This document shows positions 17,072 through 24,000 of a stretch of 24,000 nucleotides of DNA, piece by piece; the stretch's first letter is position 1; the number at the start of each line of letters is the position of its first letter. Made by a program: the position numbers and the translations under genes. Source of the DNA: Mixta tenebrionis (lineage in GTDB: Bacteria; Pseudomonadota; Gammaproteobacteria; Enterobacterales; Enterobacteriaceae); the NCBI RefSeq assembly GCF_006517625.1, contig NZ_VHQI01000002.1:175778-199777 (forward strand). Direction: 5' to 3'. Under the pieces are notes generated by a model. That model searched no databases. It was not told where the DNA came from and saw only the letters and a list, made by a program, of their open reading frames with translations.

Positions 17072-18505
17072 TCAAATTAATTTATTGTTTATTAAAAAAT
17101 TCCACCATGGAATACCAATCAGCATATGGAGAATAAACGTCAGTAAAGCAGTGATAGTACCAATAATCCACCATGATTTAATATCGTTATACCCTGCAGC
17201 AAAGATAATAGGGCCGGCCGCGCCGCCGTAGTGAGTAATGCAACCACCGTAGGAGTTAGAAAACAGAATTGCCAGAGCAAGAAGGACGGGAGCGGTTCCG
17301 GTCACCAGTCCGACGGTGGCAAATACGGGAACCATTGCGGCCACGTAAGCGCCACCGGAGGCGAACATATAGCGCACAATAATGCTTATAAAAACAATAA
17401 TGACGATGGTGCTGTTCCCCGCACCGAGGAAATCCAGGCGCTCAGACATAAACGCCGCCAGCCACTTAAAAAAGCCTTCTTTACTCAGGGTGGCGCTGAG
17501 ACCAATAATTCCGCCGTACCAGATAAGCGTATTCCATCCTCCCTTATTTTGCAGAACATCATTCCAGCAAATGATACTAAAAATAAGCGCTCCAGCCATG
17601 GCGATGACGGCAACGGAAGATTCATGAAGCCCCAGATAACGGCAAAAGATCCATCCCAACAGCGCTGAGATGAACACCACAATTAGTCCTTTCTCTTTTC
17701 CGCTTATCGGCCCCAGTGCATTCAGACCCGCCGTAGCGATTTGTACATTATCGATGCTGGTTAATTGCGGACGCGCGATTTTATAAGCAACCCAGGGAAT
17801 AATTGCCAGCATCAATAGTCCCAGCGGCACAGCGGCTATCGCCCAGCCAGCCCAGCTCAGGTGAATTTGGAAAATATCAGAAATTAACTGTAGCGCCAGG
17901 GCATTTCCGGCAAAAGCAGTTAAGAACATATAGCTGGTGGTTTTGGTGACCATATAAACATTCACCATAAGAAAACGTCCGGCTTTACACGGGCTTTCAT
18001 TTGGTGTGGAGCCTAATGCCAGCGCAATACTGTTAATAATCGGGAAGACGATGCCGCCAGCGCGCGCGGTATTTGATGGCGTGGCCGGGGAGAGAATTAA
18101 ATCCAATAAAGCCGTGACGTATCCCAGCCGCAGGGTTGTACCACCAAATTTTAAAATAAACCAGTAAGCCAGACGTTTTCCCAGTCCCGTTGTCACAAAG
18201 GCGGCGCTTAGCGTAAAAGCGCTAAAAACCAGCCAGGTAGTGCCTGAAGCATAACCGCTCAACACATCCGTCGATTTTACGGGGGAATCGGCAAAGCGCC
18301 CTACTGTAAAACAGGACAATGCCATCGCCGAAAGTATAATAACCGGCTCCGGGTAAGGCTTGCTTACCAGCCCGACAATCGCTGCCAGATAAATCCCCGC
18401 CAGAATCCAGGCTTCTTTCGTTAATCCATCGGGTGGAGGGATTATTAATGCTAATGAAACTATAAAAACCAGAATAATGATTTTAACTTTTTTAGATTTC
18501 AACAT
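17072..18505 (-). CDS. DASS-family di/tricarboxylate transporter, CitT/TtdT-like
   Basis: It is 477 aa and polytopic. It is colinear with E. coli CitT as I remember it (PPPDGLTKEAW..., GLGKRLAYWFILKFGG.TLRLGY, SPATPSNTARAGGIVFPII). It is the last gene of the cit-type operon. Confidence 0.85.
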   Translation of the reverse strand: MLKSKKVKIIILVFIVSLALIIPPPDGLTKEAWILAGIYLAAIVGLVSKPYPEPVIILSAMALSCFTVGRFADSPVKSTDVLSGYASGTTWLVFSAFTLSAAFVTTGLGKRLAYWFILKFGGTTLRLGYVTALLDLILSPATPSNTARAGGIVFPIINSIALALGSTPNESPCKAGRFLMVNVYMVTKTTSYMFLTAFAGNALALQLISDIFQIHLSWAGWAIAAVPLGLLMLAIIPWVAYKIARPQLTSIDNVQIATAGLNALGPISGKEKGLIVVFISALLGWIFCRYLGLHESSVAVIAMAGALIFSIICWNDVLQNKGGWNTLIWYGGIIGLSATLSKEGFFKWLAAFMSERLDFLGAGNSTIVIIVFISIIVRYMFASGGAYVAAMVPVFATVGLVTGTAPVLLALAILFSNSYGGCITHYGGAAGPIIFAAGYNDIKSWWIIGTITALLTFILHMLIGIPWWNFLINNKLI

Positions 18506-18612
18506 GAGTCACCTCAGCTAAAAGCTATGCCATTGGCAGCAGATGCTTCAGTGCAAAAGAAGTCTCTGCTGTATTATAGTGCGGTTTACTAACGCTTAAT
18601 TAATCTGTTACT

Positions 18613-21222
18613 TTAAAAATCCCGCTCGGTAAAACTTTTAATAATATTATTTTTCTGAGGGGTTAACTGATACTCTGGTAATTGATCGAAATTCAAATAG
18701 CGATAGGTATCATCGCGCGTTTCGTGAATTTTATCCATATATTCGAAATATTGTTTAACGGTCGGCATTTTGCCAATAATAGCCGCCACGGCGCTCAGTT
18801 CAGCCGATGCCAGAAATACCTTCGCATCTGTACCCAGGCGGTTCGGGAAATTACGGGTCGATGTTGAGACGACATAGCTTCCTTGCCGTACCCGCGCCTG
18901 ATTGCCCATGCACAGCGAGCATCCGGCAGGTTCGATGCGGGCGCCGGAATGAATAAACTTATTAAAATATCCCTCGCTGCAAAGCTGCTGCGCATCCATT
19001 TTCGTCGGCGGCGCCAGCCAAAGCCGGCCAGGAATTTTGCTGACGTCAGCAAGCATTTTTCCGGCGGCGCGGAAATGACCAATATTTGTCATGCAGGAAC
19101 CAATAAATACCTCATCTATCGGGGTATTTGCCACGTCGGAGAGCAGGCGGGCGTCGTCCGGATCATTGGGCGCGCAGACGACAGGCTCGGTAATCTCTGT
19201 CAGATCGATCTCAATTACCGCAGCATATTCGGCGTTGTCATCGGCAACCAGCAATGACGGGTTTTCCAGCCAGGCTTCGATTTCAGCGATACGCCGCGCC
19301 AGCGTCGCTGCGTTTTGATAACCCTGACTGATCATCCAGCGCAGCAGGGCGGCATTGGAGCGCAAATATTCGGCCACGTTTTCTTCATCGAGACGCAGTA
19401 CGCAGGCGGCGGCAGAGCGTTCGGCGGAGGCGTCGGCCAGTTCAAAAGCCTGTTCCGCCTTCAGCATGCCCAGCCCTTCGATTTCCAGGATACGGCCAGA
19501 AAAGATATTGATCTTATTTTTTTTCTCCACCGTCAGTAACCCCTGTTTGATGGCATAGAGCGGAATGGCGTGCACCAGATCGCGCAGGGTGATCCCTTTT
19601 TGTATCTCACCGGTAAAACGCACCAGCACAGACTCCGGCATATCCAGCGGCATAATTCCGGTAGCCGCGGCAAAAGCCACCAGTCCGGAACCGCCGGGGA
19701 AAGAGATCCCCAGCGGGAAGCGGGTGTGGGAGTCGGCTCCGGTGCCGACCGTATCCGGAATCAGCATTCGGTTAAGCCAGGAGTGGATAATGCCGTCGCC
19801 GGGCCTGAGCGCAACGCCATTGCGGCGGCTGATAAACTCAGGCAGCGTTTCATGCAGCTTCACATCTACCGGCCTGGGATAGGCCGAAGTGTGGCAGAAA
19901 GATTGCATCACCAGGTCGGCGGAAAAGCTCAGGCAGGCGAGATCGGTTAGTTCATCGCGCGTCATCCCGCCAGTGGTATCCTGAGAGCCAACCGTGGTAA
20001 CTTTCGGCTCACAGTATTGCCCAGGACGAACTCCGTCCACGCCGCATGCCCGGCCAACGATCTTCTGCGCCAGCGTAAAGCCCGCACTGGACGGCGCCGG
20101 CGCTTTTGGCTGCCGAAAGACGTCGGACGGCGCCAGCTTTAGCGACTCACGCGCCCTTGCGGTCAGGCTTCTGCCAACGATCAGCGGAATACGCCCCCCG
20201 GCGCGGACTTCATCGAGTAAAACGTCCGTTTTTAGGGAGAATGAGGCAAGCAGGCGCTGGCTGGTGGTTTCGCGTACCTCGCCCCGGTAAGGATAGAGAT
20301 CGATAAGCATCCCCGTTTCCAGCCCGGAAACGTCCATTTCAACAGGCAGCGCGCCGGAATCTTCAAGGGTGTTGAAAAAGATAGGAGCGATGTTTCCGCC
20401 AAAGACAAAGCCGCCGTTTCGCTTATTGGGCACCCAGGGAATATTGTTGCCGATGTGCCAGAGAATAGAGTTTGTGGCGGATTTACGTGAAGATCCGGTA
20501 CCCACAACATCGCCAACGTAGACCAGCGGGTAACCCGCTTTTTTCAACGTTGCCAGCTGTTCTATCGGCCCACGGCTACCGGGCGCATCTGGCGTTACGC
20601 CGTCGCGTGGGTTGCTTAACATTGAAAGCGCGTGCAGCGGTATATCCGGGCGTGACCAGGCCTCCGGGGCAGGGGATAAATCATCGGTGTTGGTTTCACC
20701 AGTGACTTTAAACACTTTCAGGGTGATTTTTTCAGCCAGTTCCGGGCGGCGGGTAAACCAGTCGGCATTGGCCCACGACTGAATAACCTTTTGCGCATGG
20801 ACATTACCCTGCTGTGCTTTTTTTTCAACGTCCTTAAACTTTTCGAAAATAAGCAGCGTGGTACATAATTGTTCTGCCGCCTGGCTGGCCCATTGCGGAT
20901 GGTCGAGCAAATCGATGAGCGGCTGAATATTATAACCGCCCTGCATCGTGCCCAGCAGAGCAATGGCCTGTTGCGGAGCAATAATTCCTGTCGAAGTTTC
21001 ATCTTTAATCTGTTGAGCGAGGAATTCTGCTTTCAGCTTCGCCGCAGGATCGACGCCCGGCGGTACGCGATGCATTAATAATTCAATCAACGTTCCTGTA
21101 TTATCACCGTCGCCGTGCTTTAGCGCCGAAATTAATGCCGACGTTTGTTCAGCCGTTAACGGTTTAGGCGGAATATTTTGCAAAGCGCGTTCTTGTACAT
21201 GCTTATTATAAGCGTCTAACAT
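18613..21222 (-). CDS. Aconitate hydratase B paralogue (AcnB family, full length)
   Basis: It is 869 aa and colinear with E. coli AcnB across the N-terminal HEAT-like domain, TGETNTDDLSPAP, GSQDTTG, GADSHTR, the Fe-S ligand regions IGSCMTN and GCSLCMGNQARV, and TSTRNFPNRLG. Confidence 0.9.
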   Translation of the reverse strand: MLDAYNKHVQERALQNIPPKPLTAEQTSALISALKHGDGDNTGTLIELLMHRVPPGVDPAAKLKAEFLAQQIKDETSTGIIAPQQAIALLGTMQGGYNIQPLIDLLDHPQWASQAAEQLCTTLLIFEKFKDVEKKAQQGNVHAQKVIQSWANADWFTRRPELAEKITLKVFKVTGETNTDDLSPAPEAWSRPDIPLHALSMLSNPRDGVTPDAPGSRGPIEQLATLKKAGYPLVYVGDVVGTGSSRKSATNSILWHIGNNIPWVPNKRNGGFVFGGNIAPIFFNTLEDSGALPVEMDVSGLETGMLIDLYPYRGEVRETTSQRLLASFSLKTDVLLDEVRAGGRIPLIVGRSLTARARESLKLAPSDVFRQPKAPAPSSAGFTLAQKIVGRACGVDGVRPGQYCEPKVTTVGSQDTTGGMTRDELTDLACLSFSADLVMQSFCHTSAYPRPVDVKLHETLPEFISRRNGVALRPGDGIIHSWLNRMLIPDTVGTGADSHTRFPLGISFPGGSGLVAFAAATGIMPLDMPESVLVRFTGEIQKGITLRDLVHAIPLYAIKQGLLTVEKKNKINIFSGRILEIEGLGMLKAEQAFELADASAERSAAACVLRLDEENVAEYLRSNAALLRWMISQGYQNAATLARRIAEIEAWLENPSLLVADDNAEYAAVIEIDLTEITEPVVCAPNDPDDARLLSDVANTPIDEVFIGSCMTNIGHFRAAGKMLADVSKIPGRLWLAPPTKMDAQQLCSEGYFNKFIHSGARIEPAGCSLCMGNQARVRQGSYVVSTSTRNFPNRLGTDAKVFLASAELSAVAAIIGKMPTVKQYFEYMDKIHETRDDTYRYLNFDQLPEYQLTPQKNNIIKSFTERDF

Positions 21223-21279
21223 ATGCTCTCCGAATCAGATATTGCCTACCTGAATAGTGGTCACCTAATAGTTGATGTT

Positions 21280-21852
21280 TTAAAAATGTTCTTTAATATC
21301 GTGCTGCAGACTTTCACCAAATTCTGCCAGCTGCTCCAGACCATAATTCCACTCGCCAAATCCGGACTCGGTATTGATATGCCCGGCTTCGCCAATATCA
21401 ATGACGCGCGCCCCCCAGCACTGCGCCCAAAACTGCGCGCGCTTAAAGGTCATTAGCGGATCGTTGCGGCTCGCAAACATCAGGCTGGCGGTCGGCAGTT
21501 TTTCGGGAAGCACCGCCTCATCCAGTTCGAAGAGGGATGGCTCGGCCGGGGCAACCATAACGATGCCCGCAATATTCATTTTTTGCGTCTGCACCAGCCG
21601 ACAGGAAGCCAGCGCGCCAAAGCTGTGTCCAACCAGAATGGCGGGCAGCTGGCAGGTAGCCAGCTCGCGACGAATCGCGGAAATCCATGTTTCGATATCA
21701 GGCTCCAGCCAGTTGCGTTGCATTATCCGCTTCAGAAAAGGACAACGACGCCCCCAACAACTTTGCCAGTGATGCTCGTCACTGTCTCTCAGGCCCGGCA
21801 CCAGAATAATCGTGAACTGCTCGCTTAACTGTTCCAGACGTTGTGTCGTCAT
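21280..21852 (-). CDS. Alpha/beta serine hydrolase, YdeN/RBBP9-like
   Basis: It has the nucleophile elbow GHSFG. Downstream are NDPLMT (Asp) and EAGHIN (His), as in the YdeN family. GAGGA lies 7 nt before the ATG at 21852. The alternative ATG at 21879 overlaps the citG stop but has no SD. Confidence 0.7.
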   Translation of the reverse strand: MTTQRLEQLSEQFTIILVPGLRDSDEHHWQSCWGRRCPFLKRIMQRNWLEPDIETWISAIRRELATCQLPAILVGHSFGALASCRLVQTQKMNIAGIVMVAPAEPSLFELDEAVLPEKLPTASLMFASRNDPLMTFKRAQFWAQCWGARVIDIGEAGHINTESGFGEWNYGLEQLAEFGESLQHDIKEHF

Positions 21853-21878
21853 AATGTCATCCTCTTCAGTACACTCCA

Positions 21879-22751
21879 TCAGGCCGGGTAGTGGGAAAGT
21901 ACCCAGCCAACGGCAAGGAGATCCGCACTGCCGCCAGGGCTAAGATTTTTTGCAATCAGGGCGTTATCCATATCGATCAGCGCCTTTCTGAGCCTCTCGC
22001 CCGACAGGTTGCGTATCTGCAGGAGCCGCCCGGCGTAGCGTTGCACATACTTCAGCCCGTTCAGCCCGCCCCGCGAAACCACATTGGTATCGGGGTTGTG
22101 CGCCATCAGGGCGAGGAGCATTCTGAGCAGCGCATCCTGTTCCGTTAACCCATCCCGCAGCGCCTTTTCCCACTGGGGCAATCCGAAACGCGTGACGGTG
22201 GTAAAGCCGCTTTCCGCCTCGCCCCGCGCGCCGGTAAGCCCCAGAGTCTGAAAAATATGCTCACCTTTGGTGTTTGCCTGGGTGGATTTTTTGAGCTCGC
22301 CGTCAACCAGCCCTGTACAGATCGCGCTGATTTCCCGGCACAGCGCTCGCTGATTAAGCGGCCTGCCGCCGCTGGCAAGACGGCCCGCGGCAGCGCACAA
22401 CAGACCCAGTGAAAACACGCCGCCTTTATGGGTATTGATGCCGCCGGTGGCGTTGAACATCGCCTGTTCGCACGCCAGCCCAACCGGGCGGATAGCCGCC
22501 AGGGTTTGCGGGGCAGGAAAGTGTGCGGTGGCTTTCCCCTGGGCAAAAAAGCGCGCAAACCAGGGCGAGACGGCGGCAATACTGGCCATAAAGAGCGCGA
22601 GATTCATATCACGGTGCGCGCCGTTATTGGCGCCATCAACCAGCCCCGGTTTCGGGGTAAGCATCACTTCCCGGTACATCGCCTCGCCAGCCAGCCCGGC
22701 GATGTCGGCTACCGGCTCGTTCCGCTTAACGCTGACCGCTAAAGTAGCCAT
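21879..22751 (-). CDS. citG: Triphosphoribosyl-dephospho-CoA synthase
   Basis: The motifs LTPKPGLVD..NGAHRDM, NTHKGGVFSLGLLCAA, LGLTGARGEAESGF and NLSPGGSADLL are colinear with E. coli CitG. Confidence 0.9.
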   Translation of the reverse strand: MATLAVSVKRNEPVADIAGLAGEAMYREVMLTPKPGLVDGANNGAHRDMNLALFMASIAAVSPWFARFFAQGKATAHFPAPQTLAAIRPVGLACEQAMFNATGGINTHKGGVFSLGLLCAAAGRLASGGRPLNQRALCREISAICTGLVDGELKKSTQANTKGEHIFQTLGLTGARGEAESGFTTVTRFGLPQWEKALRDGLTEQDALLRMLLALMAHNPDTNVVSRGGLNGLKYVQRYAGRLLQIRNLSGERLRKALIDMDNALIAKNLSPGGSADLLAVGWVLSHYPA

Positions 22752-23274
22752 AGGTTAAATCCTCAATCACCTGCGCCAGTTGCTGAGGAGAGTGCCGGCG
22801 CATACGGGAGCAGACATGAGCGGGTTCATGACAGATAAAGCATCGGCGCATCGGTTGGTTTATCGCGCTGCGCTTAACCAGTCCGGCGCTGGGGCAAAAC
22901 ACGTCGATATCCCACAGACGGCCAAGAGGGTGGTTATCTTCAAGGTGTGCCGTAACATGTTTGATCATCCAGGCGGGTGCAGAGACAGACCAGAACGCCT
23001 CCGGCCCCGTTGGCAGAAAACGTGTTTCCTGTCTGGTGACCCGCCAGCAGTGTTTACGCAGCAGCTGGTTCAGGCTTTCAATCGCCTGCGCCATTACCTG
23101 CCGGGCGAGAGGCGTATCTTTTATCTCTCCCGGCCAGACGAGGGTGGCGGACACCAACGGCTGGGCGAAGCGGTCCAGCCACTTTTGCTGCACGCTGGCG
23201 CGGGCTTCCCTGGCCAGCAGAACATCCTCAAGGGTGACGGCTGCGGATGACGCCTTTGTCGTTTCGCTAATCAT
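22726..23274 (-). CDS. citX: Apo-citrate lyase phosphoribosyl-dephospho-CoA transferase (holo-ACP synthase)
   Basis: LLAREARASVQQKWLDRF.QPLVS, HPLGRLWDIDV and RRCFICHEPAHVCSR are colinear with E. coli CitX. The start overlaps the citF stop by 4 nt. Confidence 0.9.
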   Translation of the reverse strand: MISETTKASSAAVTLEDVLLAREARASVQQKWLDRFAQPLVSATLVWPGEIKDTPLARQVMAQAIESLNQLLRKHCWRVTRQETRFLPTGPEAFWSVSAPAWMIKHVTAHLEDNHPLGRLWDIDVFCPSAGLVKRSAINQPMRRCFICHEPAHVCSRMRRHSPQQLAQVIEDLTYGYFSGQR

Positions 23275-24000
23275 TGTTTTACCTGCCTTACCACATCAAT
23301 GACGCTGCCGTCGCGATAACGCACCACGCCGACAATGCGGGAAGTAAACTCAATGGGTTTAGGCTCGCCGGAAATGACCAGCGATTTCTGGTACAACGCT
23401 TCGATATCAATCACCGCTAAACCAGCGGCGACCAGCCTCTCTTTCACCTCCGGACGGGCAGGGTTGACGGCGATACCGTGGTCAGTAACCAGTACGTCGA
23501 TACTTTCGCCTGGGGTAACGCGCGTGGTGACGCGACGAACGACGGTAGGAATGCGGCTGCGGATCAGGGGAGCGACCACGATGGTTAAATTCGCAGCGGC
23601 GGCAACGTCGCAGTGGCCGCCGGATGCGCCGCGCATTACGCCGTCGGAGCCGGTCAGCACATTGACATTAAACGCCGTATCTATTTCCAGCGCGCTTAAG
23701 ATGACGATGTCAACGCGGTCGCAGCAGGCGGCTTTAGCGGCCGGGTTAGCATAAACGCTGGTTGAAATCTCAATGTGGTTTGGGTTTTTCGCCAGCGAAT
23801 CCCCGGCAGCGCCATCAAAGCTTTGGGTATCCAGCAGCCTGGTGATAAGTCCTTTCTCGTGCAGATCCACGATGCTGCCGGTGATGCCGCCCAGGGCAAA
23901 GCTGGCGACAATATTCTTTTTGCGCATCCGCGTTTCGAGGAAGCGCGTGCAGGCGGTAGAAGCCGCGCCCGATCCTGTTTGCAGCGAGAAGCCGTTACGA
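23271..24000 (-). CDS. citF: Citrate lyase alpha subunit (citrate CoA-transferase), C-terminal part; 5' end beyond the window
   Basis: The frame is open to the window edge (RNGFSLQTGSGAASTACTRFLETRMRKK...). FALGGITGSIVDLHEKGLI, GASGGHCD, LVTDHGIAVNPARPE and VVRYRDGSVIDVVRQV are colinear with E. coli CitF. Confidence 0.9.
   Translation of the reverse strand, partial: RNGFSLQTGSGAASTACTRFLETRMRKKNIVASFALGGITGSIVDLHEKGLITRLLDTQSFDGAAGDSLAKNPNHIEISTSVYANPAAKAACCDRVDIVILSALEIDTAFNVNVLTGSDGVMRGASGGHCDVAAAANLTIVVAPLIRSRIPTVVRRVTTRVTPGESIDVLVTDHGIAVNPARPEVKERLVAAGLAVIDIEALYQKSLVISGEPKPIEFTSRIVGVVRYRDGSVIDVVRQVKQ

Noticed and set aside
16498-17231. ORFs 16498..16764 (+) and 16971..17231 (+) in the gap between hsdM and the transporter
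   Set aside because: Neither has an SD. The first overlaps the hsdM start region. The second is an AT-rich low-complexity frame running into the transporter gene on the opposite strand.
18682-21078. Numerous ORFs on both strands overlapping the acnB paralogue, several Arg/Ala/Pro-rich
   Set aside because: These are typical spurious frames in GC-rich coding DNA. The 869-aa AcnB frame explains the whole interval.
1-24000. CRISPR arrays, IS elements and long tandem repeats
   Set aside because: No regularly spaced direct repeats of 24-40 bp, no transposase-like ORF and no terminal inverted repeats bracketing an ORF were seen on either strand.

Overview
Enterobacterial-type sequence in four blocks. 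No rRNA, tRNA, CRISPR array or intact IS/transposase was found.

(1) Bases 1 to about 5909, + strand: the distal cargo module of a CP4-44/CP4-57-like integrative element. It holds a GTPase tail, two tiny membrane ORFs, two secreted proteins, DUF932, a KlcA/ArdB-type anti-restriction protein, a RadC-like JAB protein, DUF987, the CbeA/CbtA type IV toxin-antitoxin pair and DUF4942.

(2) About 5920-7600: a ParD(RHH)/ParE toxin-antitoxin pair and a solitary XRE-HTH protein with a long, very acidic C-terminal domain I cannot place.

(3) About 7713-16900: a decayed P4-type integrase fragment followed by a defence islet. The islet holds an HNH endonuclease with a putative phosphorothioate-reading N-domain. 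That gene converges on a tightly packed four-gene type I R-M operon, hsdM-hsdS-X-hsdR. X is a PD-(D/E)xK plus DUF4268-like protein sitting where prrC sits in the EcoprrI locus.

(4) About 17072-24000, - strand: the 3' part of a citrate-lyase operon (citF', citX, citG) in which an alpha/beta serine hydrolase and a full-length AcnB paralogue lie between citG and a CitT-like DASS transporter.

Best candidates for new biology are the R-M-embedded nuclease-like gene X, the cit/acnB/hydrolase operon variant, the XRE-acidic protein, and a triple CGATCG (Dam-site) cluster after the GTPase gene. All family assignments come from reading motifs by eye and from memory. None was confirmed by a search.
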